DNA of 55,192 nt from a virus (Duplodnaviria > Caudoviricetes). The stretch is from IMG/VR virus record IMGVR_UViG_3300009183_000115, positions 1 through 55,192 of that record. One strand, given 5' to 3'. The notes beneath the pieces are model-generated. The model did not search any database. It worked only from the letters and a program-made list of their open reading frames with translations, and was not told the DNA's origin. Positions within the stretch are counted from its first letter, which is position 1, and every line of letters begins with the position of its first letter. Both the position numbers and the translations under genes were made by a program. Positions 18,184 to 28,422 of this stretch are shown here, one piece after another.

Positions 18184-18763
18184 CTCCTTTTACTTTAGTT
18201 GCTAACATTTTAAATACCTTAGGTGCTACACCTTTATTATAAGCAGCTTCAGGAACAGCTTCTTTAAAAGCTTCAAAATCTCCACTTGCTAAAATATTTC
18301 TAACAGCTGGCGCTGAAATATTACCTGATTTTTCGTGTACTGGAATTGTTTTAACTCTATCGCCAAAGTCTTGTTGTAAGGCTTTACCGTACTGTATGTC
18401 GTCTATTTCGTCATCTCCTGTAGCAATATAAACTGGATCTACAGTTGGATTTGCTTTTAAGTAATTAATAATAGTTACAATAGGTGATTCATCTGTAGAA
18501 ATTCTAACAGAAATTTTAGGATTAGGTTCGGCTTTTAAATACATATTCCAAATTGTAAGAGAATCTTCAGGTGTAATACCGTCAATTGTCTTCTTACTTA
18601 TGATAATATATACCATCTTTATATAATCTCTACCAGCTAATTCTGTTGCAGCTTCGTAGTGACCCTTATGTGGCGGTTTAAATTTACCTGGGTAGAAGCA
18701 AGGACCTGCTTCATTTATAATAGCTTCGGCAATTCTCTTACCAATTGATATAGGGTTAATCAT
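18164..18763 (-). CDS. HIGH-family nucleotidyltransferase (cytidylyltransferase-like)
   Basis: YPGKFKPPHKGH and ISAPAVR motifs. Confidence 0.8.
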   Translation of the reverse strand: MINPISIGKRIAEAIINEAGPCFYPGKFKPPHKGHYEAATELAGRDYIKMVYIIISKKTIDGITPEDSLTIWNMYLKAEPNPKISVRISTDESPIVTIINYLKANPTVDPVYIATGDDEIDDIQYGKALQQDFGDRVKTIPVHEKSGNISAPAVRNILASGDFEAFKEAVPEAAYNKGVAPKVFKMLATKVKGDEPKQA

Positions 18764-18777
18764 ACAGTTATAAATAG

Positions 18778-19416
18778 CTAACCGAGAAGTAACTTGGGTC
18801 TAGCTGCTTCAATTTCTACTATAAGTTCAGTCATATATACAATAGCTAACTTAATTCTATCTAATATAGCCTTAGCCTCTTCTTCATCTAATTCGAGTCT
18901 AAAGATAAACATTCTATACTCTGCCTGAACGCGTGGATCGAAACTAATAAAATCACACCACTTTGCATCGGCACAAATCATATTTGAAACACATTGATAG
19001 TAGTAACCTGGTGCTACCTCTTTAAACTTAGCTGCAGTATTAATCATACCGTGTTTAAAGTGATTAGCAGATTTATAAGGACATTTTATTTCTATAATAC
19101 CGTCAGGTAATACTAAACCATCTGGCGATCCGCCGTAATGATCTCCTGCAGGAATAAAAGAAGCTTTTTCAACTTTCAATCCTGTCATATTTTCATAATA
19201 TTCTACAGCAACAGGTTCTTGATCCATACCCCAATTTAAGGCAGCACCTACAGCAGGTTCTGTAAACCCTCCGTAAAATTCACAAACCTTTTCTAGTAAA
19301 TAAGTCTTAGCGGTGTCGGTAAGATCTTTCTTACCCATAATTTTATGTACCTCTGAACTTGTTATCTTACCCTTTCTCATCTCAAACCATTCTTGCGACC
19401 TTTGCTCCACTATCAT
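18778..19416 (-). CDS. YqaJ/lambda-exonuclease family nuclease
   Basis: QRSQEWFEMRKGKITSS, WGMDQE, GSPDGL, IEIKCP, YYYQ. Confidence 0.92.
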   Translation of the reverse strand: MIVEQRSQEWFEMRKGKITSSEVHKIMGKKDLTDTAKTYLLEKVCEFYGGFTEPAVGAALNWGMDQEPVAVEYYENMTGLKVEKASFIPAGDHYGGSPDGLVLPDGIIEIKCPYKSANHFKHGMINTAAKFKEVAPGYYYQCVSNMICADAKWCDFISFDPRVQAEYRMFIFRLELDEEEAKAILDRIKLAIVYMTELIVEIEAARPKLLLG

Positions 19417-20336
19417 AAATTCATTTTCTTTAAAAGCAGTTCACTAAATGTGAGTTGCTTTGCATGATGTAAATATTTTGTCATTTCTTTAAAACCTATT
19501 TCTGATGGATCTTTACCTTCTAGTTCTATTAAATAAACGTCCTTACCGAGATTAATCAATTGTTGTGCATATTTGATCGAAGACTTAAAAGCGTCGTTGT
19601 CTAAGGCTAGGTAAACAGTCTTAACATCACTCTGTACAAGCTTTAGCATTAAAGCCTCAGGTATAGTCTTACCAAATAAGGGTACTGCATTCCTTTTTAA
19701 AGCAATCGCATCGAAAATACCTTCACATAATACAACGGGTACCTTCCAATTAATAAAGTACTCAAGACCTATTAAGTGATTTTTATTACAACTCGGTGCA
19801 TTATACTTTCTTCCTGGATCTTTTTCGAATGAACGTGAAATAAAGTAGTTTATTCTACCTCTTTCATCGTAAGACGGTATTATAATTGAATTTCTATACT
19901 TACCTCCCTCACAATAGCCGATATTATACTTTATGATATCGTCTGAAGTAATTCCTCTCTGTGTTAGGTAAGCCATTGCCTGTCTACCTCCTAAATTTGG
20001 TATACTTTTACCAAATGTCTTAAACTCTTTCGGTAATTCTACTACTTCGTACTTCTTATCCTCCAACTCACCCTTACCGCTTGGAAAATAACCTCTCATT
20101 TCAGCAACTTGTGCCGATGTAGCTTGTACTTTCTTTAAGAGAGACGTTAAATTTCTACCCTTTGTAGCAGGTTCACAAGTCCAGCAGTGATAAAATCCAG
20201 TCTTTGGATCTATTTCAAGCTTTGGCTTATGATGCTTGCAGAAAGGACAGTGAAAGGCATGATTTCCTTTAGTAGAAGGCTTAGATTTACCTAAAACGCT
20301 ATGTAAAAGTCCTAAAACTAGACGTGATTGCTCCAT
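19413..20336 (-). CDS. DNA primase (Zn finger + Toprim)
   Basis: CPFC...CWTC zinc finger; LCEGIFDA; LALDNDA; KDP. Confidence 0.9.
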   Translation of the reverse strand: MEQSRLVLGLLHSVLGKSKPSTKGNHAFHCPFCKHHKPKLEIDPKTGFYHCWTCEPATKGRNLTSLLKKVQATSAQVAEMRGYFPSGKGELEDKKYEVVELPKEFKTFGKSIPNLGGRQAMAYLTQRGITSDDIIKYNIGYCEGGKYRNSIIIPSYDERGRINYFISRSFEKDPGRKYNAPSCNKNHLIGLEYFINWKVPVVLCEGIFDAIALKRNAVPLFGKTIPEALMLKLVQSDVKTVYLALDNDAFKSSIKYAQQLINLGKDVYLIELEGKDPSEIGFKEMTKYLHHAKQLTFSELLLKKMNL

Positions 20337-20356
20337 TAATGTACACTCTTTAACGT

Positions 20357-20388
20357 ATAATATAAGAAATTATTCTGAATCTACCAAA
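20357..20388 (-). promoter_or_regulatory. Bacteroidota-type promoter upstream of primase
   Basis: TTTG-N20-TATATTAT on minus strand. Confidence 0.6.
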
Positions 20389-20837
20389 TCTTTCCTGAAG
20401 AACTTAGCAAGTATATTGTCGTTGTAAGATTTATCGGTTAAAAGCACTTCATTTATACATTGATAGTGTAATTCCCAATAGGTTAATTGCTTTTTATTAA
20501 AGCAGAATTTGAGTATTTCTTTACGAAACATAGAGGTACCTTCTTCTTTAATTTCCTGTAAGATTCCCTTATTAGACCCCCAGTAATCCATCCAATTTGA
20601 CTCGGATGTGACCAGCTTTTTAGTAGGTTTTCTACCTGGGCCGCTTAATTCGGAAAGTTCTTTTTTAGTTAGCTTCTTTTTAACGTTTGAATAGAGAGAT
20701 TTTCTACCAATATAAAATTTTCCAGTTTGTATATTTGTGATTTTATACACAAATCCAATGCAGTTTTTAGGAAATTTATCAACAGAATCGTACTCTACGA
20801 CGCTTCCATCTTCGTATATAAACCATTTTTGTGACAT
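20370..20837 (-). CDS. GIY-YIG family nuclease
   Basis: GFVYKITN...FYIGRK, YWGS, conserved E and YN. Confidence 0.8.
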   Translation of the reverse strand: MSQKWFIYEDGSVVEYDSVDKFPKNCIGFVYKITNIQTGKFYIGRKSLYSNVKKKLTKKELSELSGPGRKPTKKLVTSESNWMDYWGSNKGILQEIKEEGTSMFRKEILKFCFNKKQLTYWELHYQCINEVLLTDKSYNDNILAKFFRKDLVDSE

Positions 20838-20854
20838 AAACTATTAATTTTATA

Positions 20855-21238
20855 CTAGCTATCCCATCTGATTATGAAGGTGATATCTGTATTTGAAGGG
20901 ATTGGATAGGGAGTTGCAAGTTTGCCTACTACAAGTAATTGACCGGCTTCATTGTAAAGTCCTACTGTAGTTGCATAAGGGTGAAAGGAGGAGCCGGTAA
21001 TGTTATCGGCTAGAGTTCCATCTACGATGATACCTACAGAAGCTGTTCCGTTTTGTGGTGCATAGAAAGGAATTGCGGCAGCTCCTGAAATACTAGAGAT
21101 ATACTTAAATGCTGTAGGATTTTGTGAATAATTGAAGTCATTTTCAAGCACTCTACACTTTGCCTCATTTACGTAGATAGTGGTTTCGGCTGTAAGACCT
21201 AAGTTATATGGTACTGATGCTGTTGTTGGTAATCCCAT
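20855..21238 (-). CDS. Baseplate/tail-collar-like protein fragment
   Basis: FNYSQNPT and TTVGLYNEAGQLLVVGKL align by eye with C-terminus of 32356..33471. Confidence 0.7.
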   Translation of the reverse strand: MGLPTTASVPYNLGLTAETTIYVNEAKCRVLENDFNYSQNPTAFKYISSISGAAAIPFYAPQNGTASVGIIVDGTLADNITGSSFHPYATTVGLYNEAGQLLVVGKLATPYPIPSNTDITFIIRWDS

Positions 21239-21240
21239 GC

Positions 21241-22350
21241 TTATAAATATTTAGAAACGTTGTTTTCCATTTCTTTCTTAACAGCTTCAAGAGCAGAGGC
21301 AATTACCTGGTGCATGTCGTAATACTTGTATTCTGCTAGCCTGCCACCAAATAAGATATTAGATTTTTGATCTGCCAAACTCCTATATTTTTCATACTTT
21401 GTAGTGTTTTCAGCATCGTTAACTGGGTACATAGGTTCTGTTTCTTCTGCTTTATATTCAGTTGGATATTCCCAAGTTAAGTGTGTGACATCCGATTTTG
21501 AGTATTCAAAATGCTTATGCTCAATAACTCTAGTAAAAGTTGTTTCTGAATCAGTATAATTCATTACTGCTGTTCCTTGATAATTTTTATCAACCAATCT
21601 ATGATGTTCAAATCTAGTTGTTTTATATTCTAATTCTCCATATTTGTAATTAAAAAACTTGTCTATAGGACCAGTGTAAATAACTTTTTTATGTTTAGGT
21701 AGCTTATCTTTAAAATAATCAACATCTAATCTTACTTCTACACTATCCAATAGTTTCTCAAATATTTGGGTATACCCGCCAATTGGTATACCCTGGTACT
21801 TATCATTAAAATAATTGTTATCATAGTCAAAACGTACAGGAAGACGTTTAATAATTTCTTTAGGTAATTCGTTGCAAGGTTTTTTCCATTGCTTTTCTGT
21901 ATATCCTTTAATTAACTTTTCGTAAACATCTACACCTACTAACTTAATTGCTTGCTCTTCCAAATTGGTAGGTTCGCTTATTTGACTACTTTGCTCTTTT
22001 ATAATTCTTTCAACTTGATCAGGATGTGTAACATTCCATAATTTAGAAAAAGTCCACATGTTGAATGGTAAAGAGTAAATTTCATCTTTGTAATTAGCTA
22101 CAGGTCTATAGGTAAAATTATTAAATGTCACGTATTGATTTATCCATTTCCAAACTTCTTCGTTAGAGGTATGAAAAATATGAGGTCCATACACGTGAAT
22201 ATTTATGTCATCTTTATTTTCAGTATAGCAATTGCCGCCAATATGCTCTCGTTTATCTACTACAAGACATTTATAACCAGCATTAGTTAATTCTCGAGCA
22301 CATATTGATCCATAAAATCCTGCTCCTACTATTAAATAATCATATTTCAT
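21241..22350 (-). CDS. glf: UDP-galactopyranose mutase
   Basis: YDYLIVGAG, HIGGNCY, YGPHIFHT, YQGIPIGGYT, GRLAEYKYYDMHQ. Confidence 0.96.
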   Translation of the reverse strand: MKYDYLIVGAGFYGSICARELTNAGYKCLVVDKREHIGGNCYTENKDDINIHVYGPHIFHTSNEEVWKWINQYVTFNNFTYRPVANYKDEIYSLPFNMWTFSKLWNVTHPDQVERIIKEQSSQISEPTNLEEQAIKLVGVDVYEKLIKGYTEKQWKKPCNELPKEIIKRLPVRFDYDNNYFNDKYQGIPIGGYTQIFEKLLDSVEVRLDVDYFKDKLPKHKKVIYTGPIDKFFNYKYGELEYKTTRFEHHRLVDKNYQGTAVMNYTDSETTFTRVIEHKHFEYSKSDVTHLTWEYPTEYKAEETEPMYPVNDAENTTKYEKYRSLADQKSNILFGGRLAEYKYYDMHQVIASALEAVKKEMENNVSKYL

Positions 22351-22918
22351 TTAATACCTTTTTTATGGTTTCAAAAACGCTTTCAGATTGAGTAATAATA
22401 CCTAAGCCTGCTGAATCTGGTTTAATTATTTTGAAGCCTTCTAACTCAGAGAAAAACTTTCCTACAGAATGTGGAAAAGATTCTACATCGTGAAATAGTA
22501 TAATAGAGTCCTCTGTACAAAACTTAGACCATTTTTTATAATCGTTGCTAACAGCTTCATAGGTATGAAGTCCATCAATATGTAATACATCGATTTGCTT
22601 ACTCCAAACTTTGACTATTTCATTAAAATCTCCTTTAATTAAGTTTACATTTGCTAGGCCAGTTTCTTCAAGCAATTCTGTAACTAAATGAAAAGTATCC
22701 CGAAATCCGGTATGCTCATCTCCTTGAAACCAATCAATGCCATATACTGTACCTATTTGAGGATAGGCAAGACAGAAAGTTGAAAACCCATAATCAACTC
22801 CTAAATCAACTATAGTATTTGGTTTGAAAGTATTGACTAATTTTATAGCAAGCTCTCCATGGCCTGACCACGCTGTTGGATACTTTAGTAAGTTATTTAT
22901 AAAATCTCTCTTATTCAT
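22340..22918 (-). CDS. Class I SAM-dependent methyltransferase (Methyltransf_24-like)
   Basis: VDLGVDYGFS, LHIDGLHTYE, LFHD. Confidence 0.88.
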   Translation of the reverse strand: MNKRDFINNLLKYPTAWSGHGELAIKLVNTFKPNTIVDLGVDYGFSTFCLAYPQIGTVYGIDWFQGDEHTGFRDTFHLVTELLEETGLANVNLIKGDFNEIVKVWSKQIDVLHIDGLHTYEAVSNDYKKWSKFCTEDSIILFHDVESFPHSVGKFFSELEGFKIIKPDSAGLGIITQSESVFETIKKVLNEI

Positions 22919-22931
22919 TGTTCTTTATTTA

Positions 22932-23774
22932 TCATGCTAGATGAATTACTCCGTTATCGTATACAGTATTTATTTTTATCCAACTCTCACACCAGACGTC
23001 TGTCATATCGTCAGTAATATCGGGTCCTACCCAGGTACTGGGAGCTATTACAGTTTTATTATTGGATCTAGAAAGCCAAGCTCCCCACCAAGAGTGAGTT
23101 GAATTGGAAATAACAAAGTGATCACATAAAGAAAGTAACCAGATTCCTTCGTGGTCCCAAAACATAGCTGGATTGTTATAAACTACTTTAGGGCCTTTTA
23201 TGTGGTTTTTACACCATTCCATATCATCACTTGTTACTAATAGATAATCGTAAGAAGGTAATTGATTAATTGCTTCTTTTATATAGTCAACTCCAATAAC
23301 AGGGTGTCTTGTAGGTTGAGTTAAATAATCTCCTCTACGGACATTTATAGCAGCTACTATACTATCGTTTAAGAATGGATAAGCTTTAAGTGCTTTGTCA
23401 ACAAATTCCATAGGAGGTGAAAATAAGGTTCGCACACCTTCGGTAAACTTACCAAAATACTTCTCTGATTGGTAATAACCAAGAAAAACTGTTGGTTTAT
23501 CGTCTTCTGGTTTTAAGTCTACGTATTGAAAAGGAGCAGATATGTGAGCGGCTTTATCTGACTGAGGAGTAAAATGTATGTCGAAATCTATCTTTCTAAA
23601 TAAATTATCTCTAAAAGGAAATGGACTAGATTCTCCTAAAGGAGCTACGAATTGTCTATTGTACTCTAAAGATTTAGCGTAGGCATGAGCTAGCTGAAAC
23701 ATCATGTTACCGGTCCTGCCGACAAGCCTACAGGTTATATAGTTATTCTCAAGTGTAGTAGCTATTTTTTTCAT
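22932..23774 (-). CDS. GT11 (alpha-1,2-fucosyltransferase-like) glycosyltransferase
   Basis: GRTGNMMFQ, GYYQSEKYF, NVRRGDY, SNSTHSWWGAWL. Confidence 0.9.
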   Translation of the reverse strand: MKKIATTLENNYITCRLVGRTGNMMFQLAHAYAKSLEYNRQFVAPLGESSPFPFRDNLFRKIDFDIHFTPQSDKAAHISAPFQYVDLKPEDDKPTVFLGYYQSEKYFGKFTEGVRTLFSPPMEFVDKALKAYPFLNDSIVAAINVRRGDYLTQPTRHPVIGVDYIKEAINQLPSYDYLLVTSDDMEWCKNHIKGPKVVYNNPAMFWDHEGIWLLSLCDHFVISNSTHSWWGAWLSRSNNKTVIAPSTWVGPDITDDMTDVWCESWIKINTVYDNGVIHLA

Positions 23775-24460
23775 TATTTAATGTATATGCTCGGGTACGC
23801 AATTATGTTTTGAAGATCTGTATTATATTGAAATAATTCATAACGGTTATGAGGTACTACTCCAGGAAGTGCTTCTACACAATGTCTAGTCCACGGGGAA
23901 TAGACTGTAAAACTTTCAGCAGGGATTTTTTTTATTAAAGTAGCTTTCATCCACCAAAACGTTCCTGAGTAATGTCCGCCCATAGACTCTCTCCATTCGC
24001 AGCCGCACGATTCGTACTCGCCGTTTAATTTTTCTATACAATCTTTCCATTGAAAAATTACAAAGTATTCCATGTAGTTTTTCCACATTTTACAAGGTAA
24101 GCGTCTGCTATCGTCTTCTAGGTAGGAAACTCCTTTCGTGTGTAGGTACATTATAGATGTAGAATTGCTCTCTTCTTCGCTTAAATTATCACAATACTCT
24201 TTCATATAGACCGCTGTATTACCTTCAAAATGATTATCGTTAGGTTTAATGTACAGTATATTTATTTTATTTTCAATATCATAATCAGCTATTAACTTTT
24301 TAAAATCTGATATGTCATTTTCTTCCTGATATACAACACCCATATTAAGAGCTGTACAATTATGAAATAATCCTGACATTTGTAAAGCATATAATTGCTC
24401 TATTAGAACTTGCTTCCAATGGTTACATAAATAAACGTGGTGGTATATTTGAATATTCAT
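23774..24460 (-). CDS. Hypothetical glycan-related protein
   Basis: YLHTKG, HYSGTFWW motifs; inside glycosylation cassette. Confidence 0.55.
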   Translation of the reverse strand: MNIQIYHHVYLCNHWKQVLIEQLYALQMSGLFHNCTALNMGVVYQEENDISDFKKLIADYDIENKINILYIKPNDNHFEGNTAVYMKEYCDNLSEEESNSTSIMYLHTKGVSYLEDDSRRLPCKMWKNYMEYFVIFQWKDCIEKLNGEYESCGCEWRESMGGHYSGTFWWMKATLIKKIPAESFTVYSPWTRHCVEALPGVVPHNRYELFQYNTDLQNIIAYPSIYIK

Positions 24461-24469
24461 ATAATAAAA

Positions 24470-25132
24470 TTAATATTGTTTAATATATTTAGAACTATAG
24501 TAGGTACTTACAAAATGCAACGGACCAGGGCTACTACCCCAAGCATCTAAGTCACTTACTCCTGCTATTTGAGGACATGCTAGAGGGTAAGTCATATATT
24601 TTTGAATACTACTTCTGCATGCTAGCCATTGGTCAATAGCACTATCCTGATAAGGTACATAAGGTAATGTTTTTTCTATACCCCTAATATGATATCCCAT
24701 AGCATGTGTGGTTAGTACGCCGCTATCTAGTTTACAAAGATTCTCATCTACTAAAGAAATTTCACTGCTTGTTGGATGTCCTCCAAAATAAATAATATCC
24801 CAATCTGAAATTTTCTGTAACTGGTCTAATGAGCGTTCTACAAGTTCTAAACCCGGTGTTTCGCCGTCATCGTAAAACATCATATCATCTTCAAAAAGCA
24901 CTATACGTTCGTACCCCGCTTCTTTGGCTCTTTTTAAAATCGAGTGGTGTACATCTCCGTAGTAGCCGTGTTTAAGCATACCGATATCGGCTGGCGCTTC
25001 AATTCCAGGAACTCTTTCGAAAAAGCCTTCTAAACCTACTCTACGCATTTCAGCTTCAAAATGCTCTCTACGATCTGTTCTTCGATCTAAATTTATATAA
25101 TATCCTTTTTGAAAAAAATCCCTTATTTTCAT
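24470..25132 (-). CDS. GT25 family glycosyltransferase
   Basis: YINLDRRTDRR, LFEDD, WDIIYFG. Confidence 0.85.
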   Translation of the reverse strand: MKIRDFFQKGYYINLDRRTDRREHFEAEMRRVGLEGFFERVPGIEAPADIGMLKHGYYGDVHHSILKRAKEAGYERIVLFEDDMMFYDDGETPGLELVERSLDQLQKISDWDIIYFGGHPTSSEISLVDENLCKLDSGVLTTHAMGYHIRGIEKTLPYVPYQDSAIDQWLACRSSIQKYMTYPLACPQIAGVSDLDAWGSSPGPLHFVSTYYSSKYIKQY

Positions 25133-25143
25133 TTAAAAGCTTT

Positions 25144-27078
25144 TTATAATGGTAAAAATAACCAGTCAGAAATACCTACCTGTTCTACTGAATAATTTAA
25201 ATCAAGTAGTATTTTAAACTGTTTTTTAGTATGTTCTATATCTGTTTGTCCGAAATGGTTAGACCAGGACTCTAGAGTAATTACCGGTCTAAATTTTTTA
25301 ATTGTTTCGAGAGCACCTTCTATTACTTTAGGCTCGTATCCTTCAACATCTAGTTTAATAAAATCTAATTCATTTAAATTTAGCGAATCTATTGTTACTG
25401 TTTTAACAGGGTATCTTTCTTGTTCTGTAGTCTGTACATCGCCAGATCCAGGTATACCCATCGGATTATTATCTAATCCAGATCCGCCTAAATTAAATAA
25501 AGGCATCCATGCAAAATAACTTTCTCCTTCTCTATCTGAAAGAGCTACATTGAACACCTCTGTGTTTGAACAATCGTTTCTTTGTAAGTTTTTTCTTAAT
25601 AAACTATTAGATTCTTTAAGAGGCTCAAAACAGTATAGTTTCTTTGATAGCATAGATAATTTTACACTGTGTGTTCCTACGTGACATCCTCCTTCTAGTA
25701 CTACAGAATTTTTTGTTATATACTTTTCAAAGATTTGATGTAAATGAGGTTCCCACACCTTCCCGGCTTTTATTTCATATCCAATATGGTCATGTCTAAA
25801 CACGTAAAAAAACGCTGATTGATTTTTATCGTAATCCTTTACTTCGTAATCTCTGGGTTCTATATCATACTTTTGAAGAAGTAAGTCATTTGTATTTTTA
25901 GATTCTAATAAACTATCAATAAAATCAACCCACATTTTTCCTACTTTTTCAATATTAAAAGTTTCTAAAATGTAATCCTGTGCTTTAGTCCTATATTCTT
26001 CTTTTAATTGAGGATTAGCTTCTAAATAATTTATTTTTGCAACAATGTTATCCGTGCAAGTAAACTTACCTTCTAAGTCTTTAGATAAGGGTTCTGTTTG
26101 CATTTGAGCAAAGTCAGCTCCTTCAGGGGGATCTAACCAAACGCAATAATCGTTGAAATTTTCAGGTAATGCACCTAAGGGGTAGGTTACTACAATAACA
26201 CCTAAAGCTAATGCTTCTGCTACTACACAAGAAAAGGTATCTTTATGAACATCTTGATATGGAGTATAAAGAGGGTAAATGAAGTATTCGCTTTCTGCTA
26301 AATGTTTAAATAGAGTTCTTTTATCAACTCCGTTATGGTTGCGGAAAAATTCATCACTATGGTCATGTATTACCATTAAATAATCAAAAGCATGAAGTTC
26401 TTTGTTAGGTATGTCTAACTCTCTAACAGCTTGTGCTGCTACATTACCGCCTCTTGGCCATGAAGCATGAAAAATAAACTTACCTTTTTGCTTAGTTATA
26501 TTTTTAGCTTTTGTTTCTTTTACAATTTCGTCAAATACTGGATTCGGTATTAGAGCTTTTTTAGAGCTTGAATGCTGGGATTGTATATAAAGAAACGTGC
26601 TTGCATTTTTTTCTTCTTCCCATTTAGATATATGTACAAGCCCTAAAGCTAAATTATACTTTTTAGCATACTCTACAAAAATAAATGTACCGTACACCCA
26701 TTGCATATGAGACCAGTATATTAAAGCTTTAGTTACAGTAATAGGAAGCTCGTCGTATGCTTCAAACCATAACATACTAATTAAAATATCAAATTCTTTA
26801 TTAGGTATTCCTTCAAAGTCTTTATTGGTATATTTAACACCGTAAAATTCTTCTCCCGGTCTATACTCTATGCCCTTTTCTTTATACTGTAAATTTAGTG
26901 CTTCATCTATTTTATCGGCAGCATATACTACTTCATGTCCTTGTTTTGCTAAATATTCAGCTACTAATACAGTACTTGTATCAGTTCCTGATCCACCCCC
27001 GTTACCGTACCTTAAATTAAAGCCATTTAAGTAATTACTTCTTCTACTATTTCCTATTACTACAAATGCTATCCTCAT
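25144..27078 (-). CDS. Fusion of GT-B (GT4-like) glycosyltransferase and FkbM-family methyltransferase
   Basis: Likely start MRIAFVV at 27078; GGSGTD, DTFSCVVAEALALG, GALPE; then EGGCHVG, FEP, IKLDVEGYE. Confidence 0.85.
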   Translation of the reverse strand: MRIAFVVIGNSRRSNYLNGFNLRYGNGGGSGTDTSTVLVAEYLAKQGHEVVYAADKIDEALNLQYKEKGIEYRPGEEFYGVKYTNKDFEGIPNKEFDILISMLWFEAYDELPITVTKALIYWSHMQWVYGTFIFVEYAKKYNLALGLVHISKWEEEKNASTFLYIQSQHSSSKKALIPNPVFDEIVKETKAKNITKQKGKFIFHASWPRGGNVAAQAVRELDIPNKELHAFDYLMVIHDHSDEFFRNHNGVDKRTLFKHLAESEYFIYPLYTPYQDVHKDTFSCVVAEALALGVIVVTYPLGALPENFNDYCVWLDPPEGADFAQMQTEPLSKDLEGKFTCTDNIVAKINYLEANPQLKEEYRTKAQDYILETFNIEKVGKMWVDFIDSLLESKNTNDLLLQKYDIEPRDYEVKDYDKNQSAFFYVFRHDHIGYEIKAGKVWEPHLHQIFEKYITKNSVVLEGGCHVGTHSVKLSMLSKKLYCFEPLKESNSLLRKNLQRNDCSNTEVFNVALSDREGESYFAWMPLFNLGGSGLDNNPMGIPGSGDVQTTEQERYPVKTVTIDSLNLNELDFIKLDVEGYEPKVIEGALETIKKFRPVITLESWSNHFGQTDIEHTKKQFKILLDLNYSVEQVGISDWLFLPL

Positions 27079-27079
27079 A

Positions 27080-28372
27080 TTATATACTTTTTTCGTAGCG
27101 TTCGCTCCATTGCTTTTTTTCGTCAAATAAATACATAACTAATTTTTGAGGTATATCTAAGGATTTACCAGTTACTACGTAGGAATTAGATATTAAATTA
27201 ACATAGTCTGGTTCTGCTTCTATTGTAAAATCTTTTCTAAAAACCTCTACATCTGTCTTTGTTAATAAGCCTAGTGTTAAGAATTTAGGATTTTTAAACT
27301 TATGTTTTTTGAAAAAGTTTAAATCCCATTCACAAGTGACGTTAAACGTTTTAGTTATAAACTGATCTTCCCAAGGTAAAGGATTAGGCGGTTCTCTTAC
27401 TATTAAAGTATGTTCTTGTATTTTGCAATTTTTAAAATCAAATCCTCCAAACTCTTCATACTCATGAAGTGTTCTAACTTTACCTAAGCCATAAATACCT
27501 AAGTCAATACCATTATCCTCTTGTCCAAATATTTGGCGTGTTTTACTTCGAGCAAATGCATCTCTTTCTCCACTTGTTTTATCAGTTTCGCTTTTGGTTC
27601 CATGATCTTCCCAATGTTTAGGCCTCCCCTCTCTAGTGTACTCATGCCAAATATATTGACGGTATGGACTAAAAAAGTCATATCCTGAAGTCCAGGCTCT
27701 AACACTCATAGTAGTTTCTTCGCAATAGCCTCCAAAGTAAATGTCCGGGTCATAAGGAATTTCTTTTACAAACTTACTTACTGTAAAGTAAAAATGTCCG
27801 CTTATAGTACGAGCTTTTATAACTTCAGTTCTTTCTTTATAATCTTGAATATACCATGGCATACTCATAAGTAATTTATCAGAACTAAATTCATATTGAG
27901 ACATTAAACACGGAACAGGATTTAAACTTGAATCACGACGACATCCACATCCTGGATCTGTTTCTACACTGAATGGAGTTAAGTAAGTAGTTAAAATTGG
28001 CTTCTTAGAAAGAGTACTAGCTTGTTCGTAGTCTTCTATCATCATAGTATCCCATCCTTCTAAAAATCTATGATGGGAATCTAATTGAAGAGTGTATTTT
28101 TCATCATCTAAAAGAAGATTTGTTTGGTTTCTAGCCCAGCCCAAGCCCTGACTTTCTGAATAATGAAATTTACTTACTCTAAATTGAGGATTACCATCGT
28201 AGTGGTTGGGATTTTCTGTGTCATCATACTGCCAACAGATGCCAAATACTAATCTTTCTGGGTGATCTGCTTTTTCTAAGGCGTATTGAATTGTAGGAAC
28301 TAATTGTGGATCTCTATAACTAGCTAATTGTACAAAAATTTTATCAGTATCTCGTACTTTTATTTTTTTCAT
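27080..28372 (-). CDS. GT60-like (polypeptide/hydroxyproline alpha-GlcNAc transferase) glycosyltransferase
   Basis: IFVQLASYRD, GLGWAR, LQLDSHHRF..GWD, PYDP, R.WT.GYDFF.P....WH.Y. Confidence 0.8.
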   Translation of the reverse strand: MKKIKVRDTDKIFVQLASYRDPQLVPTIQYALEKADHPERLVFGICWQYDDTENPNHYDGNPQFRVSKFHYSESQGLGWARNQTNLLLDDEKYTLQLDSHHRFLEGWDTMMIEDYEQASTLSKKPILTTYLTPFSVETDPGCGCRRDSSLNPVPCLMSQYEFSSDKLLMSMPWYIQDYKERTEVIKARTISGHFYFTVSKFVKEIPYDPDIYFGGYCEETTMSVRAWTSGYDFFSPYRQYIWHEYTREGRPKHWEDHGTKSETDKTSGERDAFARSKTRQIFGQEDNGIDLGIYGLGKVRTLHEYEEFGGFDFKNCKIQEHTLIVREPPNPLPWEDQFITKTFNVTCEWDLNFFKKHKFKNPKFLTLGLLTKTDVEVFRKDFTIEAEPDYVNLISNSYVVTGKSLDIPQKLVMYLFDEKKQWSERYEKSI

Positions 28373-28386
28373 AACAGTTTTTATTT

Positions 28387-28417
28387 TTAATATAAGTAAG
28401 TTATTTTAATTCTCAAA
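28387..28417 (-). promoter_or_regulatory. Bacteroidota-type promoter at head of glycosylation cassette
   Basis: TTTG-N19-TATATTAA on minus strand. Confidence 0.6.
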
Positions 28418-28422
28418 ATTTA

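Noticed and set aside
21241-28372. Host chromosomal LPS/capsule locus or prophage boundary
   Set aside because: Flanked on both sides by phage baseplate genes, same strand, no flippase, polymerase or integrase
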